The notes: generated from the sequence alone by a model not told the origin. 56,477 nucleotides of DNA from an uncultured bacterium (GCA_937952265.1 CALFYW010000055.1:1-56477); one strand, 5' to 3'. Positions 1-10,128 are shown, counted from the first letter of the stretch. A program made the numbers and translations.

Positions 1-57
1 GGACTTAACTTTCAAACACCAGAAGAGGTGTTGCGAAGGTCTTGATTATTTAACGGT

Positions 58-318
58 ATGCAAAAACTGCTGGCTCACCAAGTGGGACAATATCAGAACC
101 TACACACCCACCTGGAAGAAAAAACTCACCACACTACACACGTTCCTCATCAAACGCTTCTACCGAGGTGATAAAGACATCTCTGGAAGTATATAGCCTC
201 CCTCCCAAAACCACCATCACCATTACGCTCTCTATTCAATCCTTCCGCTTCCTTACAGCGTAATTGCTACCACCATCTCTTCAAAGGAGTAAAAGTTTGC
301 GGGTGGGGGCAAGGTTAG
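58..318. repeat. Copy 1 of a ~261-bp direct repeat (partner at 1871..2133)
   Basis: Aligned by eye against 1871..2133, roughly 85-90% identical. Both copies begin with atgcaaaaactgc and end with ggttag. Confidence 0.85.
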
Positions 319-514
319 GTGGTCAAGATGTTTAGTATGCGAAGTGCATACCGAAAAGAAGCTCAAAAAGAATTCACAAAGGAGAACAAGAACGGTCCAG
401 ATCCAACAAATACCCGCTTATCCAACACGAGTGACGTTTAACGGATAATATAAAAAAGAATCCACATTCTTGTGGATTCTTTGCGCTAACTCCCGTTCAC
501 CGTTACAGGTCGCA

Positions 515-802
515 TCACCAAACCTCTGGATCATCACCAATACGACAATCGGGAAGGCAGTAATACGCAACCTCGAAGAGAGTAAACCTTAGGTTACGAA
601 TTGGTAGATCCGTTCGTCCGGAGGTGTACCTCTGTAAATCAGCAAGCTCAAGAGCGATCTTATGTAAACGCCTCTCAACTTGCGTTAGAGGAATCCGAAA
701 CAACTCATCCAACTCATCCAATGAAGTTACGAACTTGAAGCCGAAGGAAACAGTTTTTGGTTCCTCAAGGCAATTTTCCCTAGGTAATGTAAGTGAGCTC
801 AT
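515..802 (-). CDS. Hypothetical small protein (95 aa), divergent from 874..1752
   Basis: ORF track only. AT-rich context and no recognisable motif. Confidence 0.3.
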   Translation of the reverse strand: MSSLTLPRENCLEEPKTVSFGFKFVTSLDELDELFRIPLTQVERRLHKIALELADLQRYTSGRTDLPIRNLRFTLFEVAYYCLPDCRIGDDPEVW

Positions 803-873
803 AGTAATTCGTGAAGTAAAAGAACAATTTTAGGTGAGGCACTATTATACAATATGGATTAGAAAACACAATA

Positions 874-1752
874 TTGACACACCGCATACATTATTGTTCT
901 ATAATCGCTATGGACACATTCGAAACTACAATGATGCTTCGCAAAACTTTAGAGAACGTAAATTGTGACGAGTATCGAAAGACAAAAGTGTTCGCCATAC
1001 TTTTGGGCGCGATCGTATCCCTAGTCAGGTCTCGTCCTAAGCCAAACATCCTTAGGTCGTTGCATTGGGAATCCGAAAAGGTCGCGAACTCTATTCTCTC
1101 TGAAATCGATGGGAATATCCATACCCTCGACAACGACACGGATTATCAATGCTGGAACCTGGGGTTTTGGATTAACTCTGCGCAACACCGCATACAAGTT
1201 GCATTTGAGCGATTGATCCTAGATGCGTTGATTAGGCTCGCATTCAGGAACAACCTAGCTGAGAATTTTATAGAAGGGCTTTTTAAACTATCAATGGAGT
1301 TCAGGATTCACTGGTTAAATTCTCTAATAATGAGTAAAGATTCACGGGCAACTACGTTATTGAAAGATATTCAATTAAGGATTGCGGAATTTCATCAATC
1401 ATCGAGAGCGATAACCGAATTGGAGAAACTACAGGACGAATTCGAAGAATATAGCAACGATTTGAATCTCTCATCTGATCCTGCTAATCTTGACGGAATG
1501 CTCGTGTTCCTCAGGCAGTCACGTAGCGGAGCATGGTGCCTTGCGTTCATTTCAGCGAGAATTCTCCGATTCTCCCAGACGGTAAGATATGAGACATCAA
1601 AACGTCGGGGCTACGGATATGAACTTGAGTGGTTAATCACACTTGTTGCAGCGGAACATTTAGCAAACATTGCAGTCGACTTGCGCTTCGCTTTTGAGTT
1701 AGACGAGTCGATCCGGACATACGGAAAAAAAGCCCGAGAAGAGACCGTATAA
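874..1752 (+). CDS. Hypothetical all-helical protein (292 aa; ATG at 910 is a likelier start than TTG at 874)
   Basis: Long ORF with plausible amino-acid composition and no competing ORF over most of its length. I recognise no family. Confidence 0.55.
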   Translation: MTHRIHYCSIIAMDTFETTMMLRKTLENVNCDEYRKTKVFAILLGAIVSLVRSRPKPNILRSLHWESEKVANSILSEIDGNIHTLDNDTDYQCWNLGFWINSAQHRIQVAFERLILDALIRLAFRNNLAENFIEGLFKLSMEFRIHWLNSLIMSKDSRATTLLKDIQLRIAEFHQSSRAITELEKLQDEFEEYSNDLNLSSDPANLDGMLVFLRQSRSGAWCLAFISARILRFSQTVRYETSKRRGYGYELEWLITLVAAEHLANIAVDLRFAFELDESIRTYGKKAREETV

Positions 1753-1870
1753 GTCAATTGCACATTCCCGCATACGTTGCACCCTTGCGATCCACCCTAC
1801 TTCCGAACACACAATAATACCGCTCTGTTGAGCGGTTCTTTTTGGACACGTTTTCTTACTTTTGACAAGG

Positions 1871-2133
1871 ATGCAAAAACTGCCGGCGGGCCAAGTGGGA
1901 CAATATCAGAACCTACACCCTCACCTGGAAGAAAAAACTCACCACACTACACACGTTCCTCGTCAAACGCTTCTACCGCGGTGATAGCGACATCTCGGGA
2001 AGTGTATAACCTTCCTCCCAGAACCACCATCAACCATTACGCTCTCTATTCAATCCTTCCGCTTCCTTACAGCGTAATCCTTACGATAATCTCCCAAAAG
2101 GAGGGAAGGTTTGCGCGTGGGGGCAAAGGTTAG
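1871..2133. repeat. Copy 2 of the ~261-bp direct repeat (partner at 58..318)
   Basis: Same as copy 1. The 118-aa ORF 1777..2133 is generated by this repeat and is probably not a gene. Confidence 0.85.
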
Positions 2134-2187
2134 CTCTCATCACCAAATGCTCTTGACCGTGCTTTTGAACCTCGCCATGATTCAATC

Positions 2188-2577
2188 ATGAAGACTCAGC
2201 TATCCCTTTGGGTTTCCGCCGGGTTGCTTTTCAGTTTATCACGCACTTCCTCAGAGACGCCCAATCCCGGGATTCCAGGTCCTGAGATCAATCAGATCCT
2301 TGAGCTAACGGTCGCTGATTTTCGCTATGGTGATGTGAAAATCAATCCGCCACATTCCTGGGAGGGAGTTTCTGTCATTTTTTGGCTCGAGGGAATAAAG
2401 CTACGGGAATTGGGTTTTCTCGCGGACATCCCTGTTAACATGGTTGCAATTCCGCTTGAAAGTTCGGGATCGATAGGTCCGCGTGAATCAGATATTAACG
2501 AGAATTCTCTAAGTTCAGAAATGATTCAGGATGGGCAATTTGATGGGTGGTACTTAGAAGATGGGACGCTGTTGTAG
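2188..2577 (+). CDS. Small secreted hypothetical protein (129 aa)
   Basis: N-terminal signal-peptide-like segment MKTQLSLWVSAGLLFSLSRTSS. Lies immediately upstream of the propeller gene on the same strand. Confidence 0.55.
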   Translation: MKTQLSLWVSAGLLFSLSRTSSETPNPGIPGPEINQILELTVADFRYGDVKINPPHSWEGVSVIFWLEGIKLRELGFLADIPVNMVAIPLESSGSIGPRESDINENSLSSEMIQDGQFDGWYLEDGTLL

Positions 2578-2652
2578 CAAGAACCGAATCTGAATCTTCT
2601 AAACCAACATTCCCTGGTCAAGATTGAGGCGCGCTTCTCAGCAGTTAGCCAT

Positions 2653-4590
2653 ATGTCGACACCTTGGGCTGAGGCCCTTCAATCCTGGAAACTAAAGTTC
2701 CCGCCATTGGGTCCTAATGATCTTAAACGCAGTCAATCACTTCTCGCTATCGCATTTGGGCGTGAGAAATATATTGCTGCTGGGTTTTGGGGCCGTCTTG
2801 AAGTCTCATCTGATGTAAATTCATGGACTGACCCAATATTCTTTAGCGAAGGATCTTTTTACGGAATCACACACGGATCCAATGGATGGACTCTCGTGGG
2901 TGGCCGACCGTTCGGTTTTGGCCCAATCGTCCTTCATTCTCCGGATGGCGTGGACTGGAAATCCTACAATGTACCGGCACCGTCCACTTTGCAGGCTGTC
3001 ACCGAACACGATGGACTCACCGTAGCTGTCGGGAACGTCGGCGCCATTATCACGTCACACGATGGGATCACCTGGACGACCCGTTCCTCAGGGTCAGCAA
3101 CCCTCCGTTCCGTTATCAGTTGGCCAAATGGAATTGTTGCGGTTGGCGACGAAGGCACGATTGTTACCTCCGAGGACGGAGTTTCGTGGACCCAAATGAG
3201 GGTCGAAGACCGCACGGACCTCAACGCGGTTGCTTTTGGGTCTGAAACATTCGTCGCTGTTGGGGAGTCAGGAACAATTCTCCGATCAACAGACGCAGCG
3301 AATTGGATTCCCTCGATTGTCGACCGTACTGCAAGTTATAACGGTATCGCGTTTGGTTATGGTTACTTCGTCGTTGTCGGAACTGACGGAAAAATTCTAA
3401 TATCGCACAATGGTAAGGATTGGGCTTCTCAAGAACCACAAACAAGCTCGGATTTGCATTCCGTCGCGTTTGGTGAAATGGCTTGCGTAGCGGTTGGCGA
3501 CAATAGTGTTATTCTGGTAGCCGAACCTAAGAATGAGGAACCACCTTACAAGCTCTCTGTAATTGATGATAAAGTCGCATTATCGGTTAAGACGAAACCA
3601 GGTCGCTGGTATCTAGTTGAATACAAGGATACGCTACAAGATTCATATTGGATTCCACTCAAACGAATCCAAGCAATTGATGCGGAATCAATTATTAATG
3701 ATGTTGCGAACAAACTACCTAAGTCTCGTTATTATCGAATTCGCGCTGAAAGCGACAAAAATGACTATCCACAAAATTTAACATACGAAAGAATTACACT
3801 AATTGGCGGTCAGCTGCACGAGCTTACAGGATTGAACTTATTTGAGTTGCCGGTTCGTGTAGAGATAGAAACTGACGGGAAAGCACAATCGGTTCTATTG
3901 GATTCATTGACAAAAGAGGTTGTTAATGGTTGGCGTTCTGAGTCGGAACTCACAGTCAAGGAGACATTGCTCTCGGGAACTCTGATCCGGCACTCACGTG
4001 AACACAATCAAATCTCCGAGAAAACAGTTGAGTCGATCGATTTCACCGCAAACACGGGCGACATTGCAAATCTCATCGTGGGAATTACAAGTGACTCGGA
4101 CGAGACGGTAGACGTTTATTATTCCGGTCTCTCATCGGATTTCTACTTCGGGTTCATCGACACGATACCCAACTATTCCTTAGATGATTCCGCCCGAGAC
4201 AGTGACAATTTTTTCCTTCGACAGATTGACGACCATAAAGCGCTGGACATCTATTACAAACTTCACGCTGACCCAAGTCGCATTACAGACGTTCGGATCG
4301 AGATCTATCGCGAATGGGAATCATTTCCGTTTGAGACAATTCGTGGACAAATTGATGCGAGTGATTTTGAAAGATTTGCTACGGGTGAGGATTTACATGT
4401 AGTTTGGTCGGCTCCAAGCGGCGAGGACACAGGAGACTCAAGCGTTGGTGGGTTCTATCGCGTTCAGCTAGTGATTGAGCTTTCAATTGGCGGTACAACC
4501 CGACAAATACGGACCCCGGCTCGTATCGCTCCTCCCGGGTGCACTCGTTGGTGGGCAACGGGGAACAGCCGCATGTCTCTGGGCTTTTGA
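2653..4590 (+). CDS. Beta-propeller repeat protein (BNR/Ycf48-like blades) with an unassigned C-terminal half
   Basis: About 7 tandem units of the pattern L.aVa.G....VAVG..G.I..S.DG..W, for example DGITWTTRSSG..LRSVISWPNGIVAVGDEGTIVTSEDGVSWTQ. Confidence 0.85.
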   Translation: MSTPWAEALQSWKLKFPPLGPNDLKRSQSLLAIAFGREKYIAAGFWGRLEVSSDVNSWTDPIFFSEGSFYGITHGSNGWTLVGGRPFGFGPIVLHSPDGVDWKSYNVPAPSTLQAVTEHDGLTVAVGNVGAIITSHDGITWTTRSSGSATLRSVISWPNGIVAVGDEGTIVTSEDGVSWTQMRVEDRTDLNAVAFGSETFVAVGESGTILRSTDAANWIPSIVDRTASYNGIAFGYGYFVVVGTDGKILISHNGKDWASQEPQTSSDLHSVAFGEMACVAVGDNSVILVAEPKNEEPPYKLSVIDDKVALSVKTKPGRWYLVEYKDTLQDSYWIPLKRIQAIDAESIINDVANKLPKSRYYRIRAESDKNDYPQNLTYERITLIGGQLHELTGLNLFELPVRVEIETDGKAQSVLLDSLTKEVVNGWRSESELTVKETLLSGTLIRHSREHNQISEKTVESIDFTANTGDIANLIVGITSDSDETVDVYYSGLSSDFYFGFIDTIPNYSLDDSARDSDNFFLRQIDDHKALDIYYKLHADPSRITDVRIEIYREWESFPFETIRGQIDASDFERFATGEDLHVVWSAPSGEDTGDSSVGGFYRVQLVIELSIGGTTRQIRTPARIAPPGCTRWWATGNSRMSLGF

Positions 4591-4731
4591 GAGTCATGGC
4601 GCCCTCATGAATCCAAACGCACTGGTAACCGACTCCAATGGCCACGTGTATATCGCCGGAACGTTTGGTCCTGCCTACGAAGCTTTGGTCGGAGTGTTTG
4701 GTCGAAGCTCTTACAGGAAGCATGGCAGCAC

Positions 4732-5661
4732 GTGCCGACGGGGCCGACGGAGGGGGCGAAGGCCAATACACAACACACAAGCGCAAAAGGATCACACCAG
4801 GATCGCCAAATTTTTGTTTCCGCCAAGCACTCGCCGAACTATACTGGCCATGTGAAGCGGGACACACTTGGCTGCTTGGAAAGTTGGTCCGAAGAGTTGC
4901 TTTCAAGAGCCGAACGGGTTCGACGGCTCATTGGAAATGCCCACTGGCTCAGCGACGGCCATCACAAAGAAGAACTTGTTCGGCAATTTCTGAGTAGGCA
5001 TTTGCCTCCGAGTTTGCGAATCAGCCGCGGCTTCATTTGTCCTCCGGAGAATGATTTGCGAGTATCGTCCGAAATTGACGTCTTGATTACCGACACCTGG
5101 ACGGAAATGCCTTGGTTCACCGAAGGAAATTTAATAATTGCCCCTCCTTCATGTGTTCTCGGTCAACTCCACGTGAAAACCGAGTTTGACGTTGATGGGC
5201 TCACCGACGTGCTCTCATCCGGTGCTCGAAATCAGAAGATCGTGACGGATTCGGTATCTCGACAAATACCATGGTTTGGCGCAATTTTCTTCACGCACAG
5301 CAAACCCAAAAAGCCGAAGCGTCTCAAAGAAGTATTCAGAAAGGCAATTTTGAAGGCCTCAAATGGCGGTTCTGATGTTCCTACGCGCGAGCGATTTCCG
5401 GATTGCGTTGCTGTCGTGGGTGGACCGGTGTTCTTGGCAGACAAGAGGACGACTGAAGGAGCTCCGCGCGATCAAATCCGGATTCGAGTATTCGACGGTG
5501 CCAATCTGTCACCAGCGGTAATGCTGGTCCATCTGTTCGATTCGATCCAGTTGCCAGGCCGCGACTTGGCTCGCCGTGGCGAATGGGTTCAGCTACTCGC
5601 GTCAGCGGAAATCCCGTCTTTGTTTTCTGAACCGTTTGACTTGACCCTCGGGACGAAATGA
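4732..5661 (+). CDS. DUF6602-like (PD-(D/E)xK-fold-like) protein; the true start may be the in-frame GTG at 4852
   Basis: Motif string GHHKEELVRQFLSRHLPPSLRISRGFI...SSEIDVLITD...IIAPPSCVLGQLHVKTEF matches my recollection of the DUF6602 pattern (G..E..lr.fL...LP....i..Gfi...S.qiDiiiyD....ip.esV.aviEVKt). The stop overlaps the next gene's start (ATGA at 5658..5661). Confidence 0.7.
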   Translation: MPTGPTEGAKANTQHTSAKGSHQDRQIFVSAKHSPNYTGHVKRDTLGCLESWSEELLSRAERVRRLIGNAHWLSDGHHKEELVRQFLSRHLPPSLRISRGFICPPENDLRVSSEIDVLITDTWTEMPWFTEGNLIIAPPSCVLGQLHVKTEFDVDGLTDVLSSGARNQKIVTDSVSRQIPWFGAIFFTHSKPKKPKRLKEVFRKAILKASNGGSDVPTRERFPDCVAVVGGPVFLADKRTTEGAPRDQIRIRVFDGANLSPAVMLVHLFDSIQLPGRDLARRGEWVQLLASAEIPSLFSEPFDLTLGTK

Positions 5662-8600
5662 AAATCTCCCTCAAAGAACTTCAACAGCATATTCGGAGAG
5701 GCCCGGCGCTCGTGTTTGGCCCAGGAATGAGCACCTCGCCCGCACGGGAGATCGAATGTCTCCGGCAGCTAAGATCGTCGTATCCTGATCTGGACAATGA
5801 TTCCCCCTGCCAGTCGTTTCTCGACTACGTTGACATTGTCCTGGCAGCAGGAATCGCTCCCGAGGCGAAAGTCCGAGCAGCAGTGGAATCCGCATTTCTG
5901 AACCCCATATTCGCTAACCCCCAGCTGAATGCGGTCGTCAGGCCCAATTGGACGGCAGTGGTTTCGCTGGCGTGTGATGATTTTTGCCGGAGCAGTTTGA
6001 ACGAGTCTCTTTATGCAGTCCCCAGCAAGTGGACACTGACTACCGTTGCCGAGCCAGACACGACCCCGGCGCTCACAACCATTCCATACTACTCATTGAT
6101 GGGCGATATCAGAGACAACCGCCAAACGTCTCGCCTCGCGATCAGCCGGTCGGAATATCTTCAGAGGCAGCGCTTGTGGTTCCCGATGCTCCAATCTCTT
6201 CCCCGGATCTTGAAGAGTGATCCGTTAATTTTCTTAGGAACAACATCTATTGTGGAGCGGGTTTGTGATTTTCTAAACGAGCTGTTAAAGTTGCAACCGC
6301 AAGTGCCCAAACGGCTAATATTCCTCGACGGCGATCCCACCGCCTCCAGTCCGACTTTGATGAACTTGGTTCGTGCTCACTGCCAGATTGAAGTTGCGAG
6401 CTGCAGTTTGTCGGACTTAGGAAACGCATTAAGCCGCTCGAATCTCGCTATCAGTTCCCTTCCCCTCTTCGCTGAACCGACAAGGTTTTTTATTGAGCCG
6501 AAGGTTTTCGGGGAACTTGAAGATCAAGTCGCTTACGTTCCTCGGAAGGAAGAGATTCGCACCAATCCGGCAGAGCGAAACCGACTTCTGGATTCCTTAT
6601 TCAGGCCAACGCATCTGGACTGGAGCCCGTATGCGCTATCATTAGAATTTCGGCGTGATATCTGCAACGAAGCCGAGAATCGAGTAAAGGAGCTGTTTTC
6701 GCGTAGTTGCAACTTCCCAATTCTCCAACTGAAGGGGGAAGCCGGAATCGGAAAAACAGTCATTCTGAGGGCAATTGCTTTTTCGTTGGCCCAGCAAGGA
6801 ATGCTCTGTCTCTGGGTTAGGAGATCTTATGGTGAACTGTCGGGCAGCCGGTTTGACACCGTGGTGACAACCCTAAACGATAGGCTGAAAAGGCTGGACA
6901 CTGAAATCGTCGTCTTCCTGGACGATCCAGCAGCAAGCCGCGCTTCTTTGGATGAGGTTGTTACTGGCCTGGGTAAGGCACGCTTTCGATGGGCGGTTGT
7001 CGTTGCCAGTCGAAAGACGGACGACTCCTTTTTGTCTCGAAATGGCGTAGCGGAACCTGTGCCCGAAGAAAGTACAGTGGAAGTACCCGCTGAGTTTTCT
7101 GCCGCTGAACTGGAAAGGCTTCCGGACTACCTCGTCACGATTGGAGCAGCTGATTCAGCCGACCGGGCAAAATCGATGATGTTTCCTGAAAGTGTTAAAC
7201 ACAGCAGAGATGTATTGTGCTCTCTCTGGTATCTGCTGCCCGGAACCCAATCAGCAATTGAGGAATCTCTGGTGGGGGAGTACCGACGCCTGGGCGAACC
7301 CGAGGCGCTCGTAACGAAGTTTGCTAATGCCGCTGGGAGAGCCAAGCCCGTTGCAAAGACCGCTTACGAATTTGTGACTACTACCTCTGGGTTTGATAGT
7401 GTTCCTCTGCCTGTCGAAGTTCTGGTGAGTGCGCTAGGCGTGTCTTACGGAGAATGGGCCGATAATTGTCACGAGAAAAGACCCCTGTGGGGACTACTTT
7501 ATGAGGAGCACTATGAAAGTGCGGAAACTTACGCATATCGTACCCGCAACCACATTGTTACCGAAGTCCTTCTGCGCACATTGAACCACGGGACTGCTGG
7601 GCACACCGGTGAATTCCGGTGCATGAAAAGGCTCTTGCGAGCCTGCACTTCCGCCAGCCCTCAGTACCGGAGCTTCATCATGGACATCCTAGTCAAACGG
7701 AGGCACCTGATTGAGAAGCGATTCAACTATCAGCAAGCAATGGAGCTTTACGAAGCGGCTCTTAGCGCGTATCCACGGGCGTTAGGAGTTGTGGAACATC
7801 ACAGGTGCTTGGTAAAACGGAATCTTGGAGGTGAGGCGCAGGACGTCTACGAAGAGTTGAGGCGACTGATTGCGAAAAGCTATGACCGGTCAATCCCAGA
7901 TCAGGACCAGCCAGATAACCTGCACACATCCGCCGCGGCCGCTCTGAACCAAATGATTCGGGAGAACACTATTGATGCCGCTGAGGGTGGAGAAGCGGTT
8001 TTTGAGCATATTTCCGCTGCGATTGCCATTGATCAGTTCTCGCTTCACTCATATCACGTTCACGCACAGACCTTGATCGCTATCGCAAGCGCTGTTCGGG
8101 AGACGAATCGAATCGCTTTCTGGACGAACGTCGAGCGCGCTGCTCGCATTGTCAGCCGTGCTCTTCTCCTTTTGGAACACACATCCCGCGAAGATCAGAT
8201 GAGCGAGCAGGCGCTCCGAAGCGCAAGGCTGTTCCAGGATCTGCGACAGGATATTATAATGGCTCAGCAAAACCTCGAAGCTGCAAGAGAGGAGGCGTTT
8301 CAAGTCTTCAGGCAAACCGGGGATCAAACGGCTCTTGCATTCGTGGGTAGAATATTGCTAGTGAAAGCAACAGAAGCTAGAAAGGGATCTCTCTTCAAGA
8401 AGGTTGACAAATTCCTACGTACAGCATTCGAGACGATTGCCGCGAGTGAAAAGGACCCGAGTGAAGAACTCCTGATTTGCCGTGTGGAATTAATCATCGA
8501 GTGGTTTCTCAACCAGGAAAAGGGTCCGGTCGTCTGGGAACAATTCGAAAGTGACTTGTTGCGCATTCTGCAAAATCCGCGGTATAGCCAGGATACGCTT

Positions 8601-8933
8601 TGGCTGTTCTATCTTGGTGTGACCCATTACCATTTGTCGAAATTCGTTGAGGCAGAAGCTTGCTTTCAAACCCTGCGCTCGCGCGGGCTCCCCTGGGAAG
8701 CGAGACAGAAAATTCGCTGTTTTTATCTGGGTGACAGTAGCGAACCAAAAGTGCTCGAAGGCAGGCTTAGTCCAGGGGCTCAGAATAATTGCTTTGTTTA
8801 TTCAGGGGAGTTGCAGAACGACATTTTGGTCCGGCGTGGAGATTTGAGCGGTAGGCGGGACGAGATTAAGCACTTTCGTATTGGTTTTTCATTGTACGGG
8901 CCTCTCGCCATCGATCGGGATGCGTCTACGTGA
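5658..8933 (+). CDS. SIR2-like N-domain / STAND-type P-loop NTPase / helical-TPR protein (1091 aa; Avs5-like architecture)
   Basis: N-terminus has SIR2_2-like spacing: ALVFGPGMST, VVSLACDDF, YYSLMGDIRD, LIFLGTTS. Walker A is GEAGIGKT (6735..6758) and Walker B is IVVFLDD (6906..6926). The ~600-aa C-terminus is helical and repeat-like. Confidence 0.9.
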   Translation: MKISLKELQQHIRRGPALVFGPGMSTSPAREIECLRQLRSSYPDLDNDSPCQSFLDYVDIVLAAGIAPEAKVRAAVESAFLNPIFANPQLNAVVRPNWTAVVSLACDDFCRSSLNESLYAVPSKWTLTTVAEPDTTPALTTIPYYSLMGDIRDNRQTSRLAISRSEYLQRQRLWFPMLQSLPRILKSDPLIFLGTTSIVERVCDFLNELLKLQPQVPKRLIFLDGDPTASSPTLMNLVRAHCQIEVASCSLSDLGNALSRSNLAISSLPLFAEPTRFFIEPKVFGELEDQVAYVPRKEEIRTNPAERNRLLDSLFRPTHLDWSPYALSLEFRRDICNEAENRVKELFSRSCNFPILQLKGEAGIGKTVILRAIAFSLAQQGMLCLWVRRSYGELSGSRFDTVVTTLNDRLKRLDTEIVVFLDDPAASRASLDEVVTGLGKARFRWAVVVASRKTDDSFLSRNGVAEPVPEESTVEVPAEFSAAELERLPDYLVTIGAADSADRAKSMMFPESVKHSRDVLCSLWYLLPGTQSAIEESLVGEYRRLGEPEALVTKFANAAGRAKPVAKTAYEFVTTTSGFDSVPLPVEVLVSALGVSYGEWADNCHEKRPLWGLLYEEHYESAETYAYRTRNHIVTEVLLRTLNHGTAGHTGEFRCMKRLLRACTSASPQYRSFIMDILVKRRHLIEKRFNYQQAMELYEAALSAYPRALGVVEHHRCLVKRNLGGEAQDVYEELRRLIAKSYDRSIPDQDQPDNLHTSAAAALNQMIRENTIDAAEGGEAVFEHISAAIAIDQFSLHSYHVHAQTLIAIASAVRETNRIAFWTNVERAARIVSRALLLLEHTSREDQMSEQALRSARLFQDLRQDIIMAQQNLEAAREEAFQVFRQTGDQTALAFVGRILLVKATEARKGSLFKKVDKFLRTAFETIAASEKDPSEELLICRVELIIEWFLNQEKGPVVWEQFESDLLRILQNPRYSQDTLWLFYLGVTHYHLSKFVEAEACFQTLRSRGLPWEARQKIRCFYLGDSSEPKVLEGRLSPGAQNNCFVYSGELQNDILVRRGDLSGRRDEIKHFRIGFSLYGPLAIDRDAST

Positions 8934-9348
8934 GGTTAACGCTTGTCACCGGTCACTTCAAAATGACCCACCTAGGGTCGGATCAAAATGACCCACCCTG
9001 GACGGTTGAGATTTAGGGTTTTCGGGTTGGCGATTTCAACGAATTTCGACAGGTTGAGGTTGCGTTTGGGGGGGATAGGGTTCTGCCCAAATTGTGGCCG
9101 TTTCCCACGCCCTGGCTAGACAGCCTCCGGGGAAAGGGAAACGGGAAACGAACTCGCGCCGTTGATTCTCGTGGGCCAGCGAGCGGCGGCGACGGCTTTC
9201 GAGCCCCAGCTCGCGTCGCCGCCGGTCGCCACGCGTAACGGACTCGCTTGGCCCACGAGAATAGGCGCGCCTAGGGGTGTCGATTGCCAGCGCGAATTCT
9301 TTCTCTTTGAAAGGGTGCCAACGCAATCCATGGAAAACTGCGGAAAGC

Positions 9349-10128
9349 TCATTCCTTTTCTGCGGCCGGCAGGCCGCTGGATTTGGATTTGGTTTTGGCT
9401 GCGGCGGCCTCGCGAAGCCGGTAACTTTTTCCGCGCATCTCGATGATTTGGCAGTGGTGGAGGAATCGATCGAGAATGGCCGTGGCGGCGGGCACATCGT
9501 TGAGGAGTTTTCCCCAGTCCTCGATCGGACGATTGGAGGTCATGAGAGTTGAACGGGTTTCGTAACGGCGCATGATGATTTCCAGCAGAACTTCCCCGGA
9601 TCTGGGTGGCAGGACCTTCAGCCCCATATCGTCGATGATGAGCAAGTCTGGCTTGAGGTAAGCGGCCAGGGTGCGGTCCAACTCGCGAGGGGATTGGTCG
9701 AGTTGCAGTGCGTGGACCAGGTCGAAGATCGAAGTGTAGAAGGCCTGGAAGCCGGCCTTGATGGCGTGATAGCCGATAGCCTGAATCAGGTGGCTCTTTC
9801 CCAGTCCCGGCGGGCCGATCAAGAGCAGGTCGGTGCGCTGGCGGATGAAATTTCCAGTGGCCAACTCGTAGAACTGCTGCCGTTTGATGGAGGGATTGAA
9901 ACTCCAGTCGAAGTCCTCGAGTGTTTTGCGATCCCGAAAACACGCGGCTTTGACGCGTCGATCGATCTGGCGCTGATGGCGGACGTTGATTTCGTCCTGG
10001 AAGACAAGTTCCAGGAATTGTTCGTGGGGCAATTGATGGGTGGCGGCCTCCTGGAGGCGCAGCTCCAGGCTGGCTAGCAGACCGGAGAGGCGAAGGCGAC
10101 GGGCGTATTCAGTGAGGGTTCTATTCAT
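9349..10128 (-). CDS. istB: IS21 helper ATPase IstB
   Basis: Walker A LLLIGPPGLGKSHL and Walker B DLLIIDDMG. Typical 259-aa length. Overlaps the istA stop. Confidence 0.95.
   Translation of the reverse strand: MNRTLTEYARRLRLSGLLASLELRLQEAATHQLPHEQFLELVFQDEINVRHQRQIDRRVKAACFRDRKTLEDFDWSFNPSIKRQQFYELATGNFIRQRTDLLLIGPPGLGKSHLIQAIGYHAIKAGFQAFYTSIFDLVHALQLDQSPRELDRTLAAYLKPDLLIIDDMGLKVLPPRSGEVLLEIIMRRYETRSTLMTSNRPIEDWGKLLNDVPAATAILDRFLHHCQIIEMRGKSYRLREAAAAKTKSKSSGLPAAEKE

Noticed and set aside
1-42. Frame-1 peptide GLNFQTPEEVLRRS* resembles the C-terminal tail of integrase-core (IS30/IS3-like) transposases
   Set aside because: Only 14 codons are visible at the window edge. That is too short to support a call.
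1777-2133. 118-aa ORF
   Set aside because: It is created almost entirely by copy 2 of the 261-bp repeat and has low-complexity composition. The corresponding frame is not open over copy 1.
4379-4997. Several mutually overlapping 70-175-aa ORFs on both strands between the propeller gene and the DUF6602-like gene
   Set aside because: Arg/Pro/Gly-rich translations typical of GC-rich non-coding or out-of-frame sequence. No motifs. They overlap each other.
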